A DNA stretch of 63,665 nt, filler included, from Licmophora abbreviata (taxonomy: Eukaryota), in NCBI GenBank assembly GCA_900291995.1. It is 16 parts of 16 records of this genome, joined end to end, with 100 filler letters (N's around TTAATTAATTAA, not from the genome) between each part and the next. Parts side by side here need not be neighbours in the genome. Positions count along the whole stretch, not along the records: positions 21,216 to 22,645 come from OLMU01002097.1; positions 22,746 to 27,074 come from OLMU01002098.1; positions 27,175 to 36,194 come from OLMU01002099.1; 13 more parts are not named here. One strand, written 5' to 3'. Position numbers and translations under genes: made by a program. The first letter of the stretch is position 1. Every line of letters begins with the position of its first letter. The notes beneath the pieces are model-generated. The model made no database searches. It had not been told where the DNA came from and saw nothing but the letters and a program-made list of their open reading frames with translations. Positions 21,230-31,972 of this stretch are shown piece after piece.

Positions 21230-23901
21230 ATGCTGAGAACACTGTTGGTTCGGCATAGACTGGCGGCGAGGAGCGTCGACGTCCGTCTGGCCCGAGCTCC
21301 TCATCAGCTTAGTCCAACATCCGACAACGCATCAGACAAGTTCCAGACAACGACGACAAGCCTCACGTCGCCTCTTCTACAGGACCCACACAGCGTATCG
21401 ACACGAAGTCTGTACACGTCCGCGTGTACAAGGATCCAACAGCCGGTCCCTCACCTTCTAAATCACCAGACGTCTCAAATCCGCCACAAGGTCTTCGTCT
21501 CGCGCTACAATGACGCCCTCAACATTACTTCCCAAATGATCCTCGATCAGTGCGGCAACTATGGCATTGAACAGCACGAGTGTCGGACGACTCGAACGCA
21601 CGTCATCGTCAAGGAATGTCCTTTTTGCGACAAGCCCACAAACAACAAGCCTTCGAACCAACACAAGCTCTATGTCAATATTGGCAGCGGCTGTTATTTT
21701 TGTCATCGGTGCGGTGCCAAGGGCAGCTGGTTTGACTTTAAAATGAGCACTGAGCGCTTCGATGTTGTTTCCATTGATGGAAAGGGTGGGGCGCCGACAC
21801 ATACCAACCCAATGTCGATGAGTCGATCGACATCGCGTGGGAACTCCCGAGGAGAAATGTCCAGCGACGACCGTGGATCGCAGCGCAGTTCGACTGGAAA
21901 AGGCAGGTCTGGATCCTCTCCGTGTCTTCCCATGCCGTCGGAGCGACTCGCCGCTCTATATATTTCCAGTCTTGTCGATCAACCCGACTCCAACCCAGTC
22001 CTGGACTACCTCTTAAATGTCCGAGGACTCGGAAAGACGACGCTCCGAAAGTACGGTGTCGGACGGGCCACCTACAACTTTCCGTCCAACGATAAGAATG
22101 CCAGTAGTAGCAATCCATACGTGGCGGCCGAGTGTGTCACCTTTCCATGGATCATGAAGGCAAGCGAAGTTGCCGAACAAGAGCAACTGCGAGGAGCTAC
22201 CTACGAGCATGACAGCAAGAAGGACGACGATGACAAGAATGACGCACATGTCACGAGACGAATCAAGGCACGCGCGTTGGAGGAAAAGTCATGGCAGCGC
22301 CTCGACCCTCCCGGCGGAGGATGGGGACTCTTTGGCTTCCATACGATTCCTGATGATGCCACGGAGGTTGTCATTACTGAAGGCGAGTACGATGCGATGG
22401 CGGTCTACCAAGCGACAGGACGTCCTGCAGTGTCGCTCCCGAATGGCTGTCGGTCGTTACCCGTGGAAGTGTTGCCCATGCTGGAACGTTTTGAAAAGAT
22501 TTATCTGTGGATGGACAACGATGCGCCTGGACAGGATGGTGCCGAGAAGTTTGCAAAGAAGATTGGTCAGAATCGATGCTTGATTGTTCGCCCCGACTCT
22601 CAGGGCGAAGATGCCCCGAAGGATGCCAACGACGCCCTCCGAATGNNNNNNNNNNNNNNNNNNNNNNNNNNNNNNNNNNNNNNNNNNNNTTAATTAATTA
22701 ANNNNNNNNNNNNNNNNNNNNNNNNNNNNNNNNNNNNNNNNNNNNAAGATGCCCCGAAGGATGCCAACGACGCCCTCCGAATGGAAGTTGACATGCAAAA
22801 AATGTTGGACAATGCCAAGGTGGTGCCTCACGAGATGGTTTTGTCGTTTCAAGATCTCCGGTCGAGCGTCCTGCACGAGATCGTACACCCCGACACGTAT
22901 GTCGGAGTGCCTGTCCCGAGCCTTCCGCAATTCACAAAAATTGTCAAGGGATTTCGTCGTGGCGAAATGACTGTCCTGACCGGCCCTACTGGGAGTGGAA
23001 AGGTATGTTTGTTAGGTTGCTGGTTTGCATATTGCATTGACTGATTGTAGTTGGAACTCACGCCGCGGTCAATCTTCCCCACTTTGTTTTTCCTACCTTC
23101 GTTTAGACGACCTTTCTCGGTCAACTGTCGCTCGACTTTGCCGAGCAAGGGATCAACACACTTTGGGGGAGTTTTGAGATCAAGAACACTCGCCTCATGC
23201 AAAAGTTGCTCCAGCAGTTCTCCCGCGAGCCTCTACCAGTGGGGCAGCCTGAAAAGGCGCCCGCATTAGAAGCGCTTGCCGACCGCTTTCAGGCCCTGCC
23301 AATGTACTTTATGAAGTTTCATGGAGGCTCTGATGTTGACGATGTACTCGATGCCATGGATTACTCTGTGTATGTCCATGACGTCGAGCACATTATCCTC
23401 GACAATATGCAGTTCATGATCTCTCGTCAAAACGGCGGTGGGGGCACCTTTGACAAGTTCGATGTGCAAGACATTGCAGTCGAGAAGTTTCGCAAGTTCG
23501 CCACAGACCGAAACGTTCACGTCACTCTCGTGGTACACCCACGTAAGGAGGACGAGGGGGCCAAACTCGGCATGTCCTCCATCTACGGCAGCGCCAAGGC
23601 GACGCAAGAAGCCGACACAGTCTTGATTCTACAGAATGACGGACGGCGTAAGTATGTCGATGTCAAGAAAAATCGGTTCGACGGAACTCTCGGCTACGCA
23701 CCGCTTCACTTTGAACGAGGCAGCGCCCGTTACTCGGAGTCTGCCGATGTCGGCACAGATCCGCAGCAGAAGCAACCCGCTCAACACACTGCGATGCCCA
23801 GAATCAAAGCAAGTTTCCCTCCCAAACGAGCCAAACAACATGCGATAGCTGATAGCAACGAAAACATTGACGATCACTGGGATAGCATTCTCAATAACTA
23901 G
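21230..23901 (+). CDS. TWNK: Twinkle-like mitochondrial primase-helicase; spans gap 22646-22745. Intron 23003-23106
   Basis: Mitochondrial-type leader; zinc finger CPFC...CHRC; TOPRIM EGEYD, DND, KDAND; Walker A GPTGSGKT; DNMQF, HPRK, QEAD, KNRF. Confidence 0.92.
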
Positions 23902-24040
23902 TTAATTATGTAAGTTCCACTTATAATCATATAAAACATTGTACAAAGTATGAAGTGGATATCGGGGTCGCTTTCCAAACGAAAAAAGAGTCGACGTGAA
24001 GCACGAATGCCGTCAGCATGGCCAAGTCATCTCCTACTTT

Positions 24041-25291
24041 CTACTCTTTCCCGACAAAACGAGAGTAGGCGTGTCCCGCGACAGCAATACCCAAGATTCC
24101 ACCAAACACACCCCAAAAGACGCCCGTCAAGTCTTTTTCACCAAAACGATTGGCATACAGCGTCAGACCTTCCTGCACCTGCCAGGCAGCAGATCCAAGC
24201 AATGCAAAGCCGCAAAGCTTGTGCATCAGTTGCCACGCGATACGTGCACTAGACTTTTGCAATTCCTTTGTCGGCTCGTCATCTCCGTCTTCCTCGTCTG
24301 TCGCCGGTCGCGGCTCCGGCAAGTGCGGTCGAAGCAACCCTCCTACCACTTGAAGGGCTAGTAGAATTGTAATGACCAACCCTACCGTTCGATGCGCCAC
24401 TTGGGCACTGAAGTGATTCGGACTTTCACCTGCTGGAGTCGACTTGTCTTGTGCCGCCACGGCACAGCCGAAGGACGCCAGCGTCATGGCGCACGTGAGG
24501 AGATTCAACGCCATGTGCACTGGGAACCACTTGTCGTTGGGTATGAAATCGCGCAGGAGTGATGCGGCCACAGCCAAGGGAGTCAGTACACCCCAGGCAA
24601 TGCCTGCCAACCAACCATGGGCGGAAAACAGACTCTTGTATATGTCTGGAAGCTCAATATCGGTGAACCCGTCGGCGCCATCATCTTGTGCTGATGCGTC
24701 GACATTGCACGGGCGGAGGTTAAGGTTGAAGGCGCCTTTCTGTGAGTGGACTTGCAAGATGTTGCTAAAGCCATGCGCCCACATGAACGGATTGACACCG
24801 TTTCCATCAATCGGAAGCTCGTCAGGCTCTACCAAAAGCTTGGTGAAAGTGAGGATGGTCTTTTCGGCACTTTGCTCAATCGTCGCGTTGGCAAGTGCGC
24901 TCGACGCGAGTTCCGGGAAGGGAGTAACTTGCACAGGCAACTTGCCACCCAGATTGAACTTTCCGGGATTGTCGGGGCCGTTCGCCTCGCTGGGAAGTCC
25001 AATGATGACTTGGCCGCCGATCATGCGACCTGGTGTAGACGAAACGCCAAAGGCGAGCCAAGCTTGGCCTTCGTACGTCAGACGAGCGCGGAGCGTGCCC
25101 TGGGGAAAATCGGAGGTGTCCTCGGGATCCAACAGCTCGACCGTGTACTCCAAGGTGACGGTAGAGGATCCCTTGGAAAGATCGAGAGACTCTTGGAAGC
25201 CGACACAGTCCTGAGCTACACTGCGATTCAGCAGTGCCGCCGCTACAGAGGACCACAGAAGAAGCCGCCACATTCGAAGGCGACTCATCAC
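24041..25291 (-). CDS. DOMON plus cytochrome b561 (CYBDOM / ferric-chelate reductase-like) protein
   Basis: Signal peptide; DOMON W.AFG...M.G and WAHG......H; four b561 His (AHG, VHM, AHR, MHK) in TM helices. Confidence 0.9.
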   Translation of the reverse strand: MMSRLRMWRLLLWSSVAAALLNRSVAQDCVGFQESLDLSKGSSTVTLEYTVELLDPEDTSDFPQGTLRARLTYEGQAWLAFGVSSTPGRMIGGQVIIGLPSEANGPDNPGKFNLGGKLPVQVTPFPELASSALANATIEQSAEKTILTFTKLLVEPDELPIDGNGVNPFMWAHGFSNILQVHSQKGAFNLNLRPCNVDASAQDDGADGFTDIELPDIYKSLFSAHGWLAGIAWGVLTPLAVAASLLRDFIPNDKWFPVHMALNLLTCAMTLASFGCAVAAQDKSTPAGESPNHFSAQVAHRTVGLVITILLALQVVGGLLRPHLPEPRPATDEEDGDDEPTKELQKSSARIAWQLMHKLCGFALLGSAAWQVQEGLTLYANRFGEKDLTGVFWGVFGGILGIAVAGHAYSRFVGKE

Positions 25292-25792
25292 ACTTTTTCT
25301 TCACTTCGCTGTGCTCAACGACGTTGTAAAATGCACTTTGGTGCTTCTTTCGGAATATCTGGGCAGGATTAGAGTCGCGGCTCTGTGCGAGATCGTACTT
25401 ATCGAGCACAGGAGCGCGGTGTGACTCACTCAATGATTTGTGTTGTACGATGATGGCATTGTCACTCCACTCCCGGAGGCCCACTCCGCGTGGTTTCTTT
25501 TTTCTTCCTCTTCATCGGCCTTGCGACGTGTGTCATACACATGTCGCAGTGACATGTATTCGACATTTTATGTGCTTGTCAACCATCTCTGGAGTTCAAA
25601 AGTCTTGTGCCCCACACAGCTCGCTTGTCTGTGTCTGTGTTGAATTAGTCGAATGAGCAGCGCACGGCGGTACAGATCACGCCGCGATGAAGCCGCGCCA
25701 CCATGAAACATCAGTTTGACGACGGGGGGCGGCTCTTGTCCAATAAAGAATCCCAGGGCCTCTTTTTGTCTCCATAGCAACACATCATCAGC

Positions 25793-26798
25793 ATGGTAGT
25801 GATAAGAAACTTGAGCAGAAGTCATCTGTTTCTTCTGTTGCTGCTACAGCTCACAATAAGGACGCCTCATCTTGCGTACGCCGCCGCCCGCTTTGAGGTC
25901 ACTGGCCCGGTCTTGACGCTGACCCTCAAAGACGAGGCTCCCAGAAACGGCGAGCAAGCCAAATGGATCGATATTTCTTCTCTCAAACCGAATGCGCTCT
26001 GGAGCGTATCAAGCAGTGATCCACCACTGCCCAATTGGCTGCCATCGCTAAAATCCTGTCGGGCGACGCTTGGCTACCGCTACGATGATTTGAAACAGCG
26101 ACCGGCGTTTTTGGAAGGCGATGCCAAGTTTTCGACAGACTTGGTGGATGTACAAGTACAGCCGATGTACGAATGGAAGTCAAAGAGAGCCAGAGTCGTC
26201 ATGCAAGTGACCAAAGGAGCTTCATACATTGTCGGACGATTCTCCAGTCAGGGTAAAAATATACTGGAGTCTATTCGGGCCAGCTATTTGGTAAACCTTC
26301 CGTTTGCATCCGTAGGAGCAGTGCGAGTGACACCCTCCTTTGATTTTGCTAGCTCGTATCCAGCCTGTACGATGGAGGGAGTGACGGGAAGTGGACGAAC
26401 CAAGGCTGTGTTGAATCTGCAGTACCAGGACCCGACGCTTACTGTTGTGCATGTACTCGACGAGCGGTAGGTGAAAGAGAAGAGGCTGCAACGCGATCAT
26501 ACGTGCTGCGATGGATCGTGTCTGACTGCTTGCTTTCTTCTTCTCCTCGTCATTGTGTAGCAACACAATTGCACCAGAGATCTCCCTGCACACGGCCAAG
26601 ATTTTCTATCAATGGTCCGTACTGTTGGATTCAGGATCGATTCGTACCAAAGTGGATCCTACCTCGGCAATTGACGTGACGTGGACTGATCGTGCCATGA
26701 ATGGCAAGTGGGTTACCGAATTCTCCCTGCCTCTCAAAGGAACGACCGTATCGGCGCTTGCTGCAAATGTCAGAGTGCGAAGGCAGTTTACATTCTAG
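25793..26798 (+). CDS. Signal-peptide protein rich in beta-strands, ending ...VRVRRQFTF; function unknown. Intron 26467-26560
   Basis: Two ORFs join in frame through a GT-AG intron. Alternating polar/hydrophobic strands and no internal TM helix. Confidence 0.7.
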
Positions 26799-27299
26799 AG
26801 ACAAAATGACGAGGATTGACGAGAGAAGGGAACTTAACAATTGCTATTTCACTATTCTGGAGCTCAGACGAAGGAACAGTCTCGTTAGCTTCCCTTACTG
26901 GTGCAGTTACGTAGAGGCGTAGAATACCTTTCGAATCTGCTTTTATCCATCATGAATAGCGCAGTGCCGCGTCTTCTGCGCGTGCATTTCATCGCTCTCG
27001 CACAAAATCCCGAACTCGTCATCGTTATGTGACTCTAGGGCACGCAGGTTACGTAGAATCACCTTTTTCTGGTANNNNNNNNNNNNNNNNNNNNNNNNNN
27101 NNNNNNNNNNNNNNNNNNTTAATTAATTAANNNNNNNNNNNNNNNNNNNNNNNNNNNNNNNNNNNNNNNNNNNNGCTGATGGCATCACATTTTCAATATC
27201 CGGTGTGTTTGTCGCGACTTTAATTCATTTGCTTCTTCCACTTGACACACTCTGAGATCATACTCTTACAATCCTGTCGTCATTATTCCGGCAAGATCA

Positions 27300-28069
27300 A
27301 TGTGCGTGATTGCCGTTCGCTTTGACCCCGACTCCGACATTCCATTCTTGGCGATTGCCAATCGCGACGAGTTCTTGAGTCGACCCACGTTGGACGCGGC
27401 ATGGTGGACGGACGATTCGAATACACTGGGTGGGCGCGACCTGGTGGGTGGTGGCAGCTGGTTGGCGGTGCAACGCATGGTCGCTTTGCCGCTCTCACCA
27501 ACTTTCAAGGCGACACGCCCCGACATCACGAGCATTCCCGTGGTGAACTCGTAACACGATTCATACAAGGCCATGAAAGAGGTCCCATGGAGTATCTAGC
27601 AGGAATTGAGTCGGATGACTACGCAGGCTTCAATCTAATTGTGTACGAGGGTGGTTGTATGGGGTACCTAACGAATCGGAATGGCGATGGCATGCGGAGG
27701 CTGCTACCCGGAGTGTATTCTGTGAGCAACGCGACACTGGCCCAGTCGTGGTCCAAGACGGACTACTTGAAAGAGCATTTATCATGTCTCGACGAAAAGG
27801 AGCTGACGAACGACGACACGTTGTTTGACCTATTACAGCATGGCAAGGACTTTCTTGAGGACGTTCCTCTCAAGGAGTCGGGCCCATTTGTAGTGAGACG
27901 TCAGTTCGACTACGGCACACGATGCTCCACCATTGTTCGTTCGTACAAGAGCGGCAAGTGGGACTTTGCTGAACGCCGTTTCAATGCTTCTTTTGAGCGC
28001 AGTGGCGAGACTGTAGAATCGTTTGAGGCTGCCAACACTGATTACGTTCAAGGCGACAACAATGAGTAG
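27300..28069 (+). CDS. TANGO2: NRDE/TANGO2 family protein, with an apparent 1-nt deletion frameshift near 27470
   Basis: MC...ANRDEF..RPT...GGRD..GG.WL in one frame continues as GRFAALTN...SRG.LV..GFNL..SN..YGTRCST in the -1 frame. Confidence 0.85.
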
Positions 28070-28091
28070 AAGCAACGCAAGTAGATCTGGC

Positions 28092-29300
28092 CTATCTTCT
28101 AATTTCAAGCTCGAAGGGCAGCACTTTGCTTGTCGTATCACCATCACGTGGTCGCAGTGAAATTCCTTCCTGCTCCATCAGTATGGGTTCCGCCTCCTTT
28201 AGCACCTCTGGCAACTGCTCCTGTAGGAGTCTCATCATGTCCTCCGCCAGTGGACACGAAACACGAATCCCTGATTCTGCAGACACACTGTCCACGGCCG
28301 GAAGCTCAATCGAGAGCAAATGCAAACACGTTCGTTCGGGCGGCATACCATACTTGTCCCTCCACTCTTTGTTCACCCGATTGTCACCATGCGACGTGTC
28401 ACCCAAGATTGGATGACTCAGACCGTTCAGGTGCTTCCGAATTTGATGCCATCGTCCAGTGGAGGGTCGTGCCAGAACCAAACTTGCTCGTGGGCGATCC
28501 AGACTTCCGTCTTCGTTGTGTTGACCGGCTATGAAACGAAAGTGAGTCGTGGCAGTGTTCTCGACACCTCGTTCGTCCTTGATGGGTCGGTCTACTGGAA
28601 ACCAGCCTCTCTGAGTGAGATCTTCTCCGTACAAGACGCCTTCACCACGTACCAGTGCAAGGTAGGTCTTGGTCCCTCCTCGCATGGCCTCAATCAAGGC
28701 TGTCGTCGTGTTGCTACTCTTAACACTATTCGTATTGGATGTCGTAGACTCTTGTCCGTCGTCGGCGTAAGAACAAAGTAGACAGCCGCTTGCGCCTCGG
28801 TCGAGACGATGAATGAGATTGATGTGACGACCGACAGCCTGTCGTATCCGTTGCAGCATGGGAATTTCCACTGCTGGTTCGTCGTCGTCATCGTCGTTTG
28901 TATGCTGCTTATTGTGTTTGCGTCGTCGTCGTCGTCGTCCAGCCCAGTCACTGTTGTGGCAGAGGACCGTGGGTGGCTTGGATACGACCAGGTAGTGAGA
29001 GTTGGAATCTAGAATAGTCACAGTCCCATTGACAATGCGAGGGGTAGTCGACTCCTCGGTGTCGGACATGATGTTTCGTAGGACGGTAGCACCCGATGCC
29101 CACTGATGACGATGGTGATCCAGCAGGAAGTTTCGATTGTTGTTTCTGCGAAAGGATGATGATGCGGATGGAGTAGTACTACGGACGATGATTCTTGCCG
29201 CCGGAATAACCCAGCCAGCGGCAAAATAATAAAAGGAGCCGACGATGACGATACGAAGAGATAGAGATATCGAAAAAGACAAAGCGTTCGTCGTCTTCAT
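28092..29300 (-). CDS. RluA/TruC-family pseudouridine synthase, probably organelle-targeted
   Basis: KPP, HRLDRGASG (catalytic Asp), K.YLALVRG, TGRWHQIR.HL, HPILGD..HG. Leader ending AAG-W. Confidence 0.9.
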   Translation of the reverse strand: MKTTNALSFSISLSLRIVIVGSFYYFAAGWVIPAARIIVRSTTPSASSSFRRNNNRNFLLDHHRHQWASGATVLRNIMSDTEESTTPRIVNGTVTILDSNSHYLVVSKPPTVLCHNSDWAGRRRRRRKHNKQHTNDDDDDEPAVEIPMLQRIRQAVGRHINLIHRLDRGASGCLLCSYADDGQESTTSNTNSVKSSNTTTALIEAMRGGTKTYLALVRGEGVLYGEDLTQRGWFPVDRPIKDERGVENTATTHFRFIAGQHNEDGSLDRPRASLVLARPSTGRWHQIRKHLNGLSHPILGDTSHGDNRVNKEWRDKYGMPPERTCLHLLSIELPAVDSVSAESGIRVSCPLAEDMMRLLQEQLPEVLKEAEPILMEQEGISLRPRDGDTTSKVLPFELEIRR

Positions 29301-29480
29301 CACACTCGGGTGGAGGACACACCCCTATGACTTCGTGGGGATGAGGAAGTAGATGGCTGCGATGCGATGTGGTGCGATGAGGAATTCTGCCGGCGACGCG
29401 ATGATGTGTGTGATGGTCGTCGCCCCCGAGTGTTCGGTCACGGCGAACAGTGTTTGGCTCACGCATGATGTTCCAATGTG

Positions 29481-29801
29481 ATGGGCAGAATGATGTGGAG
29501 GAACTGTTGCACCTACGTTGCTCGTGTCTATTGCAATTCTTCTATAACTCGTGCTGCAAATTATTGGCAAAGAAGACCATCCTGCAAACGATCTCTTGTA
29601 TGGCATGCTGGCTTTGAAAATGCCAAGGCCGCCGAGGAGATTGCGGACGCCATCCGGGAGCTGAAGGCCAAGAGTGCTGTTGCTATAGGCGACAAATCAA
29701 GCCATTTTCATTCTAGGATTGCGAAATTCAAGATTCACTATGAGGAACTCACAGGAGAGGCATTCGTGGACGACGAGATAAACCCTCCATCTAACAAGTA
29801 A
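29481..29801 (+). CDS. Possible small orphan ORF or gene remnant
   Basis: The C-terminal half (FENAKAAEEIADAIRELK...) looks like protein; the N-terminal half does not. Confidence 0.25.
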   Translation: MGRMMWRNCCTYVARVYCNSSITRAANYWQRRPSCKRSLVWHAGFENAKAAEEIADAIRELKAKSAVAIGDKSSHFHSRIAKFKIHYEELTGEAFVDDEINPPSNK

Positions 29802-29899
29802 ACGGCGGCCTTGTTCAATCGGTGTGTGATAGCATGTTCGTATCATATTACCTAGTACTCATAGCTCTTAGTCTCTCTACAATGAGTACTGTAACTTGA

Positions 29900-31570
29900 T
29901 CACGCCACGGACCAGCGGGTCATCGATGCTCCCCCGGGACCGTTGCGATCACTCACATCATCTTCGTATTCTCCCACAAGACTCTGCTGGGTAAATCCCA
30001 TGAGACAAGCGGTATTCCGCCGATGGGCGTCGACATGGCAAGAGTGCCTCCGTCGTCCTCGACTTACCGACTCTCGTCGTATTGGCATCATCAATGGAGT
30101 AGCTTCATCCAATCGTTCATCTCTTTCTGCTTCTTCTCTCTCCTCCATCACTGCACCACCGCGCCGTCCCGCCTTGACCTTCATGTACACAGCACCCAGC
30201 AGAGTCAGAATCGTCAAGCCCGGCGCCAACAGAGCCAGCGGCGACAGCTCACGATGATGCGCACTCGCCTCCACATCCGCAGGGCTCCTCAACACATACG
30301 TGGCCACGAATCCAGGAGTCACAAAGCCTGCCACACTGGCACTCATACTCAACACCGCCTGCATCGTTCCGTGATACTTGTCGAGGACGGGCTTGCCATT
30401 GCAGTTTTTCGTAAAGACCGATCGCGTGGGGGCTCCCACGTATGGAAACGAACACACGCCGAGCACAATGGGGAGAACGAAGCGCCAGGCGGAGGCGTTC
30501 GCGTTCCACAAAAAGTACATGAGGGCGTAGCCGAACGTCCCGAGACTGAGTCCAAACATCAAGATGCGTTCGTCTGGGACTTTCAGCGCAGACAACCGAT
30601 ACACGACGAGCATGTTGACAAAGATGAGCACCGACGTTCCGCCAAGGACAGTCGAGGTCTGCACAGGACCCCAATTCAATGCATGACTTGCGGCAGGCGC
30701 AAACGCGGTTTCAATTCTAAGGAAGAAGAGATGTGGTAACAAGACGCCAGTCAGAGCGCACATTGAAGTATGGTCGATAGATCAAAGCACACAATGGCGC
30801 ACGTACAGCTGAAAGCTAGCATTGAATGAAAAGATGGATAGAATTGGCACCATAATCTCGGCACACCAGCATGTCTTGAGTACATTCCACAGTGTATCTT
30901 CTACTTGTTCCTCGCCATCGTCCGATTCGAGGACACTGCTCTGTTTCTTGTGTAGGGATGCTACCGTCTCGGGATCGGGTTCGTCCAACAGGAAGGCGAT
31001 ACTGCACCACGCCAAGACGTTCGAAAAGAGCAACACCAGTCCCACAGAGTTGAGTGGATCCAATACAAACGCTCCGCCGAACCAGTCTGCATGGACATTG
31101 GCCAGGAAGACGTTGAATCCGGGCCCGGACGCCATACCAAGTATCCGCAACATGCTGAGCAACGAGCTGGTCTTTGTTTGTTCGTCATTTGGAACTACCT
31201 GGGACAAGTACGCGTAGGCTAGCGCACTGCTGGCCGCCCCGATACCGCCCAAAAGACGCGACGTGAGTACCATGCCAATGGCCAACCGTGGTGCGGCGAC
31301 GCAGGACGCCAAGAAGTAGAGCAACCCGCCCAGCGCCGCCAACGCCAGACTGAAGAGATAGGGAACGCGAAAGCCGTAATTGTCGCTCCAGCTTCCCAAG
31401 AAAGGTTTTGCACAAAAACTAGCAAAAGAAAAGGAACTCAGAATAAGACCGTACTGCTCCTTGGAGCCTCCAAGCTCGAGGACATAAAAGATGATGCTGG
31501 GCGCCACGAGCATGTAAGATACGGCGTCAACGAGTCCGACCAGACTGAGCGCTAAAAGGTACTTCTTCAT
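29900..31570 (-). CDS. MFS transporter (MFSD8/CLN7-like). Intron 30717-30806
   Basis: About 12 TM helices, G.WSD.YG.R motif A, SRLLGGIG, G...GPG. Confidence 0.9.
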
Positions 31571-31972
31571 GGCTCAGAGCGATCGAAAAGAGAACAAGTT
31601 CTCGAAACCTTGGCAATCTAGGAGGATTGAAGTGTTGACACCCTGAGACGGCCGACAACGACGAGTGTGGAGCGTTGATGAAATCGGAGGGAGAAAGATG
31701 AGAGTATCTTTCGTCGTGACATCGCCGCGCATGAATCAAATCGAACCGAATCGAACACTGCGCGATCGCGGCGTCGCTGATGTGCATGATGGCAGTCGAC
31801 CACTAGGTCATACCAAAGGTTACATCAGCTGAGGGCCATCTGCAACTAAAGCATCATTGCAGCCTGAAATTGCGTTTTTAAAAGTTGCTATTCTAATACG
31901 GCGTTCCTTGTATGCCCCCACAGTCACAGTTTATCATTAGCCTGGAAGACTATAGAGAAGTCTACGCAGGAA

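Noticed and set aside
21065..21270. Duplicated Twinkle start on both sides of a gap; similar overlaps at 22608-22783 and 55628-55780
   Set aside because: Short unmerged contig overlaps with 0-1 SNP; assembly artefact or allelic difference.
27245..27300. CTGAGA..ATAC resembling a TPP riboswitch
   Set aside because: No GAACCTGA or downstream conserved elements, and the gene is unrelated to thiamine.
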